From positions 1 through 47,624 of the forward strand of contig CAKMZF010000003.1 of NCBI GenBank assembly GCA_929200405.1: a stretch of 47,624 bases of DNA. The letters run 5' to 3'. This DNA comes from an uncultured Gammaproteobacteria bacterium. GTDB taxonomy: Bacteria; Pseudomonadota; Gammaproteobacteria; Cardiobacteriales; CAKMZF01. The notes under the pieces were generated by a model that saw only the letters and a list, made by a program, of their open reading frames with translations, was not told where the DNA came from and did not search any database. Below are positions 38,786-47,624 of this stretch, piece by piece. Both the position numbers and the translations under genes were made by a program. Numbering within the stretch: position 1 is the first letter of the stretch; every line of letters starts with the position of its first letter.

Positions 38786-39927
38786 TGTGCAAATTACAAA
38801 CTGCGGTCATATTTGGAGGCCAGTCCTGTGAGCATGAAGTCTCGATAAATTCAGCTTGTTCTATCTTAAATGAGCTTGAGCGATCGAAGCATGATGTGCA
38901 TCCTATTTATATCGATCATCAAGGCAAATGGTGGTTGTTCTCCGATAAGAATGGTGTTACTGCTGCTGATTTTTCGTTATTAAACCAAGATTCTAATGCA
39001 AACAGATGTCAGCCCTGTTTCCTACCAGCAATGCCAAATGCAAAGCTCATCGTGAATCCGCTATCCAAGAATGCAGAGCAAATTGCCATTGATGTGATAT
39101 TTCCAATAGTTCATGGCAGTAATGGCGAAGATGGTATACTTCAGGGTTTATTGGAGTTGGTCAATCTGCCCTATGTGGGTTCAGATGTTGCCGGTAGCGC
39201 TGTCGCCATGGATAAAGTCATTATGAAGGCGATATTTGCCAGTAATGGCATCGCTACAGCGGACTTTATCGCAACCAACGCAGATGAATGGCAGCATGAT
39301 CGTGATGCGGTGTTGCTGCGGAGTCAAACACTGCAACTGCCGCTGTTTGTCAAACCTTCCAATATGGGTTCAAGTGTTGGCATCCGCAAGGTAAGTGAGT
39401 TTAATCAGCTGGCAGAAGCGATTGATTACGCCTTTCATTTCGACAGTAAAGTGTTGATTGAGCAAGGTGTTTCCCCTGCCAGAGAATTGGAGCTAGCGGT
39501 GCTTGGCAATGATGATGTGAGAGTCAGTCAAGCAGGGGAGATTATTCCACCCGATGGTTTTTATGACTATAAGTCTAAATATATTAGTGATGATGCACGG
39601 TTGATTTTCCCAGCTGAGGTAGAGCCAAAGACGTTAGAAGCTCTGCAAGGACTAGCTCGAAAGGCGTTTCATGCACTCGGGTTATCTGGTATGGCGAGAG
39701 TGGATTTCTTGTTAGATTCGGTAACTAACAAGCCGTATGTCTTAGAGGTTAATACTCTGCCTGGTTTTACGGCTATCAGTATGTACCCCAAATTGTGGAC
39801 GATTAACAATCTTGCCTATCCCGAACTTCTAAATACTTTGCTCGATCTAGCGATAGCAAAGCACGCAGAGAAGACTCGGAGACAGACGGACTTTACCGCA
39901 GAGCTGGCAAAGCTACAGCAGTCATAA
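38785..39927 (+). CDS. ddl: D-alanine--D-alanine ligase (long DdlA-like form)
   Basis: 380 aa. The N-terminus is VIFGGQSCEHEVSINSA, followed by VHGSNGEDGILQGLLELVNLPYVGS and an ATP-grasp core. The C-terminus has EVNTLPGFT. Confidence 0.9.
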   Translation: MCKLQTAVIFGGQSCEHEVSINSACSILNELERSKHDVHPIYIDHQGKWWLFSDKNGVTAADFSLLNQDSNANRCQPCFLPAMPNAKLIVNPLSKNAEQIAIDVIFPIVHGSNGEDGILQGLLELVNLPYVGSDVAGSAVAMDKVIMKAIFASNGIATADFIATNADEWQHDRDAVLLRSQTLQLPLFVKPSNMGSSVGIRKVSEFNQLAEAIDYAFHFDSKVLIEQGVSPARELELAVLGNDDVRVSQAGEIIPPDGFYDYKSKYISDDARLIFPAEVEPKTLEALQGLARKAFHALGLSGMARVDFLLDSVTNKPYVLEVNTLPGFTAISMYPKLWTINNLAYPELLNTLLDLAIAKHAEKTRRQTDFTAELAKLQQS

Positions 39928-39946
39928 AAGCGCTATAGTGCTGAGA

Positions 39947-40750
39947 TTAATTTTCAGGTGATAGTTGAGCCGGTGTAGGTGTACCTGATAGATAGGCTTT
40001 TAATTGCTGCCAGCGAGTACCCAGCCATTCATGCCAAAACCGCTCACTATGGTAGAGGTACTGCGCTTTTGGGCGCCAATAGTGCCAAGGCTGATTGATA
40101 GTATTTGCTGCTAAATAATAAGCCGGAGCAGGAGTTGGGTTTAGGCCGATATCATTAAAACTTTTTATCGCTCGTGGTAAATGACTGCTGGAGCTCACTA
40201 AAATAAAAGGTTTGTTTTGTATAATGGATTTAACTGCTACAGCTTCGCCTGCGGTATCTTTGGGCTGGGTTAATTTGGTGATTTTGGCTTTTGGTACGCC
40301 AAGTTGTTTAGCGGTATTTGCTAAAAGGTCGGCATGCGATAATCCAGTATCGCCATCGTAGCCGGAGACAATTAATGTGCTGTCAGGTCGTGCTTGCCAA
40401 ATCCGAATGCCTTCGATGATTCTATGTAAACTCTCACCACTTAGTTGTGAAATCTCGCTACGGTCAGAGTCATTGACATGAGAGCCGCCTAATACCATGA
40501 CGTAGTCATAATTTGGATGGTTCTCTATTTCAAACTTAGGATATTGCAATTCATATTGCTGAAGTAAAGTCGATGACACTGGGTAGAGTGATAATAACCC
40601 AATGCCTAAAAGACTGAGTGTTAGGCATGATTTCGCAAATCTCTGCGCTCGATTACGCCATAGTAAAATTAGGCCGAACAATCCTATCAGTAATAATGCC
40701 GGTAAAGGCATTAGGAAGCTGGTGATAACTTTTTTTAGGCCGAAAAGCAT
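39947..40750 (-). CDS. ElyC/SanA/YdcF family (DUF218) envelope biogenesis protein
   Basis: 267 aa. Two N-terminal TM helices are followed by a DUF218-like domain (VMVLGGSH...LIVSGYDG...ILVSSSSHLPRA). The architecture matches ElyC. Confidence 0.65.
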   Translation of the reverse strand: MLFGLKKVITSFLMPLPALLLIGLFGLILLWRNRAQRFAKSCLTLSLLGIGLLSLYPVSSTLLQQYELQYPKFEIENHPNYDYVMVLGGSHVNDSDRSEISQLSGESLHRIIEGIRIWQARPDSTLIVSGYDGDTGLSHADLLANTAKQLGVPKAKITKLTQPKDTAGEAVAVKSIIQNKPFILVSSSSHLPRAIKSFNDIGLNPTPAPAYYLAANTINQPWHYWRPKAQYLYHSERFWHEWLGTRWQQLKAYLSGTPTPAQLSPEN

Positions 40751-40777
40751 AGGCGATTGATAGTAGGCTAGGTCAAA

Positions 40778-41482
40778 TTATGTATTGAGGATTTCTTCTA
40801 GCTTTAGCCCAGTTAATTGGCGGATTTGCTTGATGATATAAAACAAAATTACAATCATTACCACCATGCAAGGCAGTGCAATCACCGGATAACTCAGTGC
40901 AGTCATTGAGCCAAGCTGGCTATTAAACTCCGCAGTGCCAGATGGCGCGGTGATGAGATATTTTGCCAGTCCGTAATTTAATATTGCTGAGAGCAAGAAA
41001 GATCCTGCTAGCATCCATGTGGCATTGATCATGGTTTTATCAAATTGCGATTTTGTTTTATGCGCATCTAGGGCGCTGTCTACTCGTTCAATATCCATGA
41101 TCGCCTCATTATAAATAAACATTTTTATCAGCGGCGTTTTGGTTTTTAGTGAAATCAAAGTAGCCAAACCGATAACGGCGGGGATAGCTGCTTCTTTAAT
41201 GGCTATATAGCCGGCATCTAACTGCAATAACCCAATACCACCTGTCAGCAAAATATTGATAAACCCAAGGGCAGGGACGAATTTAATTTTCTTTTCTTGC
41301 CAGAATTGATAAATACCAAAAGCTAGGGGCAAGGAGAGTGCGAACACTAGGGCGCCCACAGAACCGAGCGAATCATCGCCACTGAGCTTTTTTAAAATGA
41401 GAGTCGGTAATACAATGCAGATCACGATGTCCGCTAACATACCTAAGCCAGATTGTTTATTTTTTTGAGCTGTATTTGTCAT
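40778..41482 (-). CDS. Polytopic inner-membrane protein of unknown function (IspZ/YciB-like topology)
   Basis: 234 aa with about 6 predicted TM helices and no recognisable catalytic motif. Coding status rests on length, hydrophobic periodicity and clean intergenic spacing. Confidence 0.5.
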   Translation of the reverse strand: MTNTAQKNKQSGLGMLADIVICIVLPTLILKKLSGDDSLGSVGALVFALSLPLAFGIYQFWQEKKIKFVPALGFINILLTGGIGLLQLDAGYIAIKEAAIPAVIGLATLISLKTKTPLIKMFIYNEAIMDIERVDSALDAHKTKSQFDKTMINATWMLAGSFLLSAILNYGLAKYLITAPSGTAEFNSQLGSMTALSYPVIALPCMVVMIVILFYIIKQIRQLTGLKLEEILNT

Positions 41483-41595
41483 AAGATTTATAATGTTTAA
41501 AGATGCGTTATCATAAAGGATTCGAGTACAGAAATTAAGTCTTTAAAAACCGTAAGTGTCAGAAACCAGTATATGGCAAAGGGAGTAAGCTGAAA

Positions 41596-42090
41596 ATGAT
41601 CAAAGTTTTAATGGTTTGTATGGGTAATATTTGCCGTTCTCCAACCGCCGAAGCGGTGATGCGCACGGCCATAAAGCGTGCAGGTTTGGGCAATCAGGTA
41701 GTGGTGGACTCGGCTGGAACCCATAATTACCACCAAGGCGAAGCGCCGGATAAACGTGCGCGTATAGCGGCAAAGAAACGCGGTTATGATCTTACTGCAA
41801 TCACAGCCAGACAAGTAAACCAACAGGACTTTGAGATATTTGATTTTATATTGGCGATGGATAGGCACAACCTTGCTTTGTTACAAAAACAATGTTCAAC
41901 AGAGCACTTGTATAAGCTATCATTACTGTTGTCTCACACGAAAACATCTGAGAATCCTGAGAGCAGAATATTAGAAGTTCCAGATCCCTATTATGGTGGT
42001 GATGAGGGTTTTGTTCGTGTGATAAATCTTATTGAGTCTGCTTCAGATGGTTTGTTGCGCACAATAACGAGCCGTTTGGATAGTGTCTGA
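41596..42090 (+). CDS. Low-molecular-weight protein-tyrosine phosphatase
   Basis: 164 aa with the P-loop VLMVCMGNICRSPTAEAV (C-X5-R-S) and the DPYYG general-acid loop. A GGGAG SD lies upstream. Confidence 0.85.
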   Translation: MIKVLMVCMGNICRSPTAEAVMRTAIKRAGLGNQVVVDSAGTHNYHQGEAPDKRARIAAKKRGYDLTAITARQVNQQDFEIFDFILAMDRHNLALLQKQCSTEHLYKLSLLLSHTKTSENPESRILEVPDPYYGGDEGFVRVINLIESASDGLLRTITSRLDSV

Positions 42091-42239
42091 ACCTTGATTT
42101 GTGCTGAATTTAAGATGCGTCAGTAAAGAAGCGTAAAAAGAGAGTATGCAGGAAGTTGCTCGCTCTCATTTTCCTAATATAACGTTAATTTATCTGCTGC
42201 AATGTAGGCGCAGGTAGTACTAAATATTTGAGTAAATAT

Positions 42240-45200
42240 ATGATCCGTTGGTTTGTAGAAAATAAAGTTGCCGCAAATTTACTAATGGTCGCCATTATTG
42301 TTGGCGGCCTTTATGCCATTAATGCCAGAATTACTTTTGAGACCTTTCCCACGGTAGAGTCTGATGTGATTGAGGTGGTGACTGTCTATGATGGAGCCTC
42401 TCCGGAGCAAATAGACCAGTTAATAAATATTCCCATCGAACAGGCGATTGAGAGCGTGGATGATATTTCGCGTATATCAAGCTTTGCCAATGAAGGGTCA
42501 GGGCGTGTTGTTATTGAACTGGAGAGAGGGGCAGACAAAGATAAGGTTAAAGAGTCTGTAGAGCAAGAGGTTGATACGGTCACTAACTTTCCCGCTGAAG
42601 CTGAAGATCCCGAGGTCTCTGCCCCAGTTCGCAAGCGCAGAACAGCAAGAATGGTACTTTCTGGAGATATTCCGGTTTATCAGATGAATGGCATTATTCA
42701 GAACCTTGAACGGAAGTATTCGGCAATACCTGGTATCTCCTCTACAGAGATTAATGGGTTGAAAGATCGTGAGTTTTCTATCTGGGTAGAGCCAGAAATG
42801 CTAGAAAAGAATAAAATGTCATTGGTTGACTTAAATAATGCCATTAGTGCCTACACCAGTAATTTTTCATTAGGCAGCATTGACTCCAAACGAGGCCGGA
42901 TTTTAATGAAGTCAGATGGGCAGGCGACATCGATCAAAGAGTATCGAGATGTGGTAGTTAAAGTACAGCCTGACGGTAGTGTATTGCGATTGGGTGATAT
43001 TGCCGAGATTGTTGATAGCTTTGAACCCAGTGAATTTAAAGTTACGCTAGATGGAAAGCCAGCGGTGTTTTTGAATGTTTATCAAACAGAGCAGGCGAAT
43101 ATTCTAGACTTATCGAAAGCCATTAATGAGTTAACTGATCGTGAGCAGGCGAAGTTACCAGAAGGCGTTCAGTTTAAAGTGTCTTTTGACAGTTCAACTA
43201 TATTTAAAAGTCGTCTAAATACCTTAGTCAGCAATGGTATTCAAGGTGGTTTTTTAGTACTACTGGCATTGGCGCTACTGCTGAGGTTGCGAATGGCAGT
43301 GTGGGTGGCAGTAGGAATTCCCATTGCTTTCCTAGGTGGCTTTTTGATGATGCCAGTCTTTGATGTTTCGTTAAATATGATCAGTATGTTTGGTTATATC
43401 TTAGTTCTAGGTATCGTAGTGGATGATGCGATTGTGACCGCTGAAAATGTTTATGTGCATCAAAAGCGGCATGGTGATCAAGTGCGAGCGGCGATTGAGG
43501 GGACACAGGAAATAGCAGCGCCTGTGACTTTTGGCGTGTTAACTACCGTGGCTGCAATGCTGCCATTTTTGAATATATCTGGGCGTATGGGTTCGTTATT
43601 TGCCTATTTGGCGATAGTGGTGATATCGGTGTTGGCATTCTCATTGGTGGAATCTAAGATTATTTTGCCAACCCATTTGGCGCACATCAATCGAGATAAG
43701 CCAAACTTTATTGTTGATAATCTCAATAAGGTGTTTGGGCGAATCGCCAATGACTTTGAGTCTATGGTGTTGATGTTTTATCGGCCGATGCTTAAGTTCT
43801 GTTTGAATAATGTCGGGATAACTTTGGGTGCATTTTTAGCAGCATTGATTGTGATTATCGCACTGCCTATAGGCGGGAAAGTTCCGGTAGAGTTTTTCCC
43901 ACGAATTCCTGGGGACAGTATCAATATTAATGTCACCATGCCGACGGGTACGCCTTATGCGCAGACGCTAAAAGCGGTTGAGCGACTGGAGTCGGCCGCT
44001 GTTAAATTAAAAGAAAAGTATGCCGATGGTGCAGATCAAGGTTTGATAAGAGATATTCTGGTACAAGTTGGTCAGACTAGTCCAGAGAGTGGCTTAGTTG
44101 AGTTTGATCTTGCACCAGAGGAAGTGCGAAATATCTCGATTAGCAATACCAGTCTTTCTTCGGAGTGGAAAGCCTTAGCGGGGCAGTTGCCGGGGGTAGA
44201 AAAGTTAAGTATTCGTACCCAAGCATTTACCGGCGGTGGTTCAGATGTGGCGCTGGCATTAGTCGGTAATGATGTGAGGCGACTCAAAGAAGCAGGTGAT
44301 ATTATTAAAGATAAGCTTGCTGGCTATGAGGGAGTCAACACAACCGAGAATTCTCTAAGTGATGGTCGGTTAGAGATTGATATTCAGCTTACAGCTAAAG
44401 CCCTGAGTAAAGGTGTTAGAATCTCGGATATTGCCTCTCAGCTTAGAGCTGCAATGAACGGTTCTAGCTTAGAGACATTGCTATTAGATGGTGATGAAGT
44501 CAATGTAGTGATTCGCTTTCCTGAAGATCGCTATGACTCTATAGCAGAGTTAAAAACAATGCCTATTAAGACTGCAACAGGCATGCAACCTTTGGCGACT
44601 TTGGTGAATTTATCGGAGCAGCAAGGCTCGGCTTCAGTAATTCGAGAGGATGGCCGACTACTGGCAGTTATCTCTGCCAAAGTGGATGAAGAGCAGGCGA
44701 ATGCTGGGCAGATTCAAGCGGCTATAGAAAAAGATGCTGAAACGCTATTATTGGATTATCCGAATGTGGTGATTGAACAAGGCAGTGATAAGGCAGAAGA
44801 GCAGGAGACCAATCAAAGTATTTATGCAGGCATGATTATGTCGTTATTTTTGATTTATGTGTTGCTGGCCATTCCTTTTCGATCTTATGGAAAACCTTTT
44901 ATCGTGATCTCCATTATACCATTTGGTCTAGCTGGTGCTGTGTTAGGTCACTATATCTGGGGTTCTGCGCTTTATATGCCGAGTATGCTAGGGATGCTGG
45001 CATTGATAGGGATATTGGTGAATGATTCTCTCGTGCTAGTGGACTATATCAATAAGCGCTATGAGGAGATTGGTGATTTAAAATCAGCGCTACTAGAAGC
45101 GGGAGTTAGAAGATTTCGGCCGATATTTCTTACCACATTGACAACGGTTTGTGGTGTGATGCCTTTATGTTTTGAAACCAGCCTACAAGCCCAATTTTTG

Positions 45201-45425
45201 ATTCCCATGGCAATCTCACTGGGCTTTGGTATTTTCTTTGGTACCTTAGTGACGTTATTCCTAGTGCCAGTTAATTATGCCATTTATGAGTTTATGAGAC
45301 CGATATTTACCCCTGCAATAAAGTTAGTTTCCTCAGCATTATTAGGCGCATTAGTGGTGTGGTCGGCAATAACGCTAGGTTATCAAAATCAAATAGCAGA
45401 TTTACTGACAAAAATACTGGGCTGA
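42240..45425 (+). CDS. RND superfamily efflux transporter permease (AcrB/AcrD/AcrF family), no adjacent adaptor
   Basis: About 1061 aa with the 12-TM RND layout and two large periplasmic loops. The N-terminus is MIRWFVENKVAANLLM. The motif ILVLGIVVDDAIV is in TM4, and LIGILVNDSLVLVDY is in the second repeat. I prefer the start at ATG 42240 over the TTG at 42228. Confidence 0.85.
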   Translation: MIRWFVENKVAANLLMVAIIVGGLYAINARITFETFPTVESDVIEVVTVYDGASPEQIDQLINIPIEQAIESVDDISRISSFANEGSGRVVIELERGADKDKVKESVEQEVDTVTNFPAEAEDPEVSAPVRKRRTARMVLSGDIPVYQMNGIIQNLERKYSAIPGISSTEINGLKDREFSIWVEPEMLEKNKMSLVDLNNAISAYTSNFSLGSIDSKRGRILMKSDGQATSIKEYRDVVVKVQPDGSVLRLGDIAEIVDSFEPSEFKVTLDGKPAVFLNVYQTEQANILDLSKAINELTDREQAKLPEGVQFKVSFDSSTIFKSRLNTLVSNGIQGGFLVLLALALLLRLRMAVWVAVGIPIAFLGGFLMMPVFDVSLNMISMFGYILVLGIVVDDAIVTAENVYVHQKRHGDQVRAAIEGTQEIAAPVTFGVLTTVAAMLPFLNISGRMGSLFAYLAIVVISVLAFSLVESKIILPTHLAHINRDKPNFIVDNLNKVFGRIANDFESMVLMFYRPMLKFCLNNVGITLGAFLAALIVIIALPIGGKVPVEFFPRIPGDSININVTMPTGTPYAQTLKAVERLESAAVKLKEKYADGADQGLIRDILVQVGQTSPESGLVEFDLAPEEVRNISISNTSLSSEWKALAGQLPGVEKLSIRTQAFTGGGSDVALALVGNDVRRLKEAGDIIKDKLAGYEGVNTTENSLSDGRLEIDIQLTAKALSKGVRISDIASQLRAAMNGSSLETLLLDGDEVNVVIRFPEDRYDSIAELKTMPIKTATGMQPLATLVNLSEQQGSASVIREDGRLLAVISAKVDEEQANAGQIQAAIEKDAETLLLDYPNVVIEQGSDKAEEQETNQSIYAGMIMSLFLIYVLLAIPFRSYGKPFIVISIIPFGLAGAVLGHYIWGSALYMPSMLGMLALIGILVNDSLVLVDYINKRYEEIGDLKSALLEAGVRRFRPIFLTTLTTVCGVMPLCFETSLQAQFLIPMAISLGFGIFFGTLVTLFLVPVNYAIYEFMRPIFTPAIKLVSSALLGALVVWSAITLGYQNQIADLLTKILG

Positions 45426-45465
45426 TGTTCTGTACTATTGCTCTTGTATTAGTGCTTGGAAATAA

Positions 45466-45489
45466 AAAGCGATCTAAAAAGATCGCTTT
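45466..45489 (-). terminator. Hairpin terminator downstream of the cnoX-like gene (possibly shared with the convergent RND gene)
   Basis: The stem aaagcgatc / gatcgcttt is 9 bp with a 6-nt loop. On the minus strand it is followed by TTATTTCC. Confidence 0.5.
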
Positions 45490-45510
45490 AACTAGAGTGG
45501 CTTGGTGATT

Positions 45511-46386
45511 TTAGACTAGAATTAAGCTTGCCATTTTCTGGCGATATTTACTGATTAAAGCTTTGTTATCAACAATGCTTAAGGCATCGAGCATGGTCTT
45601 TTTAGGTAGACCGTCTTCATAGCTCATATCTGTTTGCATCATCTTCAAAAACTGATCCATCGCTAAGCTATCCTGCCCAGAGAGCAGATAGCGAATACCG
45701 AGTAAATGCAGGCTTTTCATATCATTCGTAGTGGTTGTTAGCGTTGCCTCTAGCTCTGCTTGAGAGGGTGCATTTGATACTAAGTTGGCGAAGTGGATTC
45801 TGGCTTGAATGGACTTGGCTCTCTCGTGAGATTTTTGCTCTTCAGTGAGATTGGCTAAAATCTCTTTGGTGCCGTCAATCTCATCTAGCTGCAAGTAGCA
45901 ATCAGCAAGTCCCAATAGCGCGTCTGTATCGTCCTCATTCTCAGCTAATATAGCCTGATAAGCGATTGCAGCATTGGCATAATCACCAGCGCTAAAAAGC
46001 GCATCGGCATCAGCGCCCTCAGAGATTTCAGCTTCCAGAGTGGGGATGTGTTTGTCTAGAAACTCTTTGACTTCACTCTCTGGTAGACCACCCATAAATT
46101 GGTCTACTAAAGCACCATCCTTGATCAGCACCACAGTTGGTAGACTGCGGACGCCGACTTGCTGGGCCAGCATTTGTTCTTCATCTGTATTGACCAATGC
46201 TAAGGTAAAAGCACCGTTATATTCAACCGCGAGTTTTTGCAAAATCGGTTTTAAGCCTTGGCAGGGCTGGCACCAAGGTGCCCAGAAATCCACTAATACA
46301 TAAGTGGATTGCGAGGCCGCCATGACCTCTTGTTCAAACTGTTCAGTGGTGACATTTTTGATATAAGGAGATTCTACAGTTTCCAT
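45511..46386 (-). CDS. cnoX: Thioredoxin-domain plus TPR co-chaperone, YbbN/CnoX family, with an intact CxxC
   Basis: 291 aa. The N-terminal thioredoxin fold has VLVDFWAPWCQPCQ. The C-terminal TPR-like region ends in ALISKYRQKMASLIL, which resembles the E. coli YbbN C-terminus ALASKYRRQLYALLY. Confidence 0.75.
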   Translation of the reverse strand: METVESPYIKNVTTEQFEQEVMAASQSTYVLVDFWAPWCQPCQGLKPILQKLAVEYNGAFTLALVNTDEEQMLAQQVGVRSLPTVVLIKDGALVDQFMGGLPESEVKEFLDKHIPTLEAEISEGADADALFSAGDYANAAIAYQAILAENEDDTDALLGLADCYLQLDEIDGTKEILANLTEEQKSHERAKSIQARIHFANLVSNAPSQAELEATLTTTTNDMKSLHLLGIRYLLSGQDSLAMDQFLKMMQTDMSYEDGLPKKTMLDALSIVDNKALISKYRQKMASLILV

Positions 46387-46496
46387 GGCATCCTCGGTCT
46401 GTGGCTCGGAAAGAAAGGGTAAAGTTACTTATCAGTTTTCTTTACGAATATAAGTTACTTTCATAATGGAGGTGGGATGTTATAAATCAAGTGCCA

Positions 46497-47468
46497 TTAA
46501 TAATGTGGTAATGATTGCGGTTTAATAATATCCTCTATGCCGCCTTTTATGCTTTGCTCTAGATATTTTTCAACAATAGGTTTGGTTAAGTGAGGGGCAA
46601 ATTTCTCAATGAATGTGTACATGTATTTTCGTAGAAATAACCCTTTACGAAAACCGATTCTGGTTACGCCCCAATTAAATAGATGCTCGGCATTTAGCGC
46701 GACGAGATCTTGGTCATGTTGTGCATCGTATGCCATGCGAGCAACAATGCCGATACCAAACCCTTGACGGACATAGGTTTTGATGACATCAGTGTCGGAG
46801 GCGGTGAGAACAACATTGGGCTGTAAATTCGCTGCGCTAAAAGCATCGTCTAATTGAGAGCGGCCAGTGAAACCAAATACATAAGTGACGATAGGGTGTT
46901 GAGCAATATTTTCTATCGTGACAGGGGTGTTTGTTAAGCTGTGGCCTTTGGGTACGATAACAGCGCGGTTCCAACGATAAACTGGCATCATAATCAGATT
47001 GTCAAAATGCTCCATTGCTTCAGTGGCAATTGCAAAATCAACCTCGCCGCGAGAGGCAAGTTCAGCGATTTGTTCTGGAGTGCCCTGATGCAGTTCTAAT
47101 CTGACATCTGGATATTCGGCTCGGAATTCACTGATAAACGGTGGTAGTACATATCGCGCCTGAGTGTGGGTAGTGGCTATTCGTAATGTGCCCTGCCCTT
47201 CTTGCTTATATTCATCGGCAATGCGGAGTACATTTTCAGTTTCCTGCAAGATATTGGTAATCTGGGTTAGCAATGCTTGACCAACGGGGGTCAGGTCAGT
47301 CAAGTGCTTACCTGCGCGAACAAATAGTTCCACGCCTAGTTCCTCTTCAAACATTTTGATTTGCTTAGAGATTCCCGGTTGCGATGTATAAAGCACCTCT
47401 GCTGCCTGTGACATATTCATGCCATGGTCAACAATGGCTTTAAAGAGTTTGAGTTGATGTAGTTTCAT
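46497..47468 (-). CDS. cysB: LysR-family transcriptional regulator, CysB/Cbl subfamily
   Basis: 323 aa. The N-terminal wHTH [49 protein letters not shown] closely parallels E. coli CysB ([20 protein letters not shown]). Confidence 0.7.
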   Translation of the reverse strand: [323 protein letters not shown]

Positions 47469-47525
47469 AAGTAAGAAGTATTTTGTCGGTAAATTATAAT
47501 TAGCAAGAGTCAGCTCTTGTGTTGT

Positions 47526-47624
47526 TATGGCTTAAGGCGAATTCTTGGCTTTTCTGTCGAGGGAGTTACGCGCTTTTTAGGCTTGTCTTGTGTCGCGACA
47601 CTCGGTGCCGCTGCAACATCTGGT
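47526..47624 (-). CDS. 3' end of an unidentified CDS running off the window (Pro/Lys-rich tail)
   Basis: The frame is open from the window edge to TAA (complement of 47526-47528) and reads PDVAAAPSVATQDKPKKRVTPSTEKPRIRLKP. A 6-bp hairpin (47504-47519) lies downstream. Only 32 codons are visible, so the product cannot be identified. Confidence 0.3.

Noticed and set aside
13284-42239. Upstream-extended starts in the ORF track: clpB TTG 13284, glmS 15898, coxB TTG 18871, coxA TTG 19747, SBP TTG 37034, RND TTG 42228, and EEP 28030.
   Set aside because: Internal ATGs with an SD give N-termini that match the families: MCGIV for GlmS, MRxD for ClpB, and a signal peptide for the SBP. The glmS extension would also read through the clpB terminator, and the EEP extension would overlap msbA by 80 nt.
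1-47624. tRNA, rRNA, tmRNA, CRISPR arrays, integrases, defence or toxin-antitoxin modules.
   Set aside because: I found no T-arm-like GGTTCGAATCC-type sequences in intergenic DNA, no regularly spaced direct repeats, and no small paired ORFs typical of TA systems. Every large ORF is accounted for by a housekeeping or transporter family. tRNAscan-SE, Rfam, CRISPR and defence-finder runs would be the formal check.

Overview
This 47.6-kb window reads as a mostly core chromosomal segment of a moderately AT-rich, gammaproteobacterium-like genome. I support about 40 protein-coding genes from motifs in the translations. By eye I found no rRNA, tRNA, CRISPR array, prophage, defence system or toxin-antitoxin module.

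Left to right:
- A Kef-type K+ efflux gene is translationally coupled to a MATE exporter (both on the minus strand).
- An accessory patch at about 3.78-9.9 kb carries a visibly lower-GC potABCD-like polyamine ABC importer operon. It ends in an acetylpolyamine amidohydrolase (HDAC-like) gene. The patch is bracketed by a frameshifted IS3 transposase remnant and a fragmented IS110 transposase remnant.
- Next come an FAD monooxygenase, a second inverted MATE paralog, clpB (with a sigma-32-type promoter and a conserved internal GTG start), glmS and a LOG-family gene.
- A complete aa3-type cytochrome c oxidase structural and biogenesis cluster follows: coxB, coxA, an untracked 41-codon ORF, ctaG, coxC, a DUF2909-like gene on the opposite strand, SURF1, a CxxxC thioredoxin-fold protein, ctaA and cyoE.
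- Then msbA with a downstream EEP-family hydrolase, the holA-lptE-leuS block, and a large MscS-family channel.
- An orphan family-5 solute-binding protein is coupled to ddl by a TAATG overlap.
- The window ends with an ElyC-like gene, a membrane protein, an LMW protein-tyrosine phosphatase, an orphan RND permease, a CxxC-containing CnoX/YbbN-like thioredoxin and a CysB-like regulator.

I did not find a convincing wholly new multi-gene system. The best leads for unexplored biology are:
1. the IS-bracketed pot+aphA island;
2. the orphan SBP-ddl coupling in an envelope-themed neighbourhood;
3. the SCO-like CxxxC protein and the small ORF in the oxidase cluster;
4. the msbA-EEP tandem.

Several ORF-track starts (clpB, glmS, coxB, coxA, SBP, RND, EEP) are upstream over-extensions, and I corrected them.
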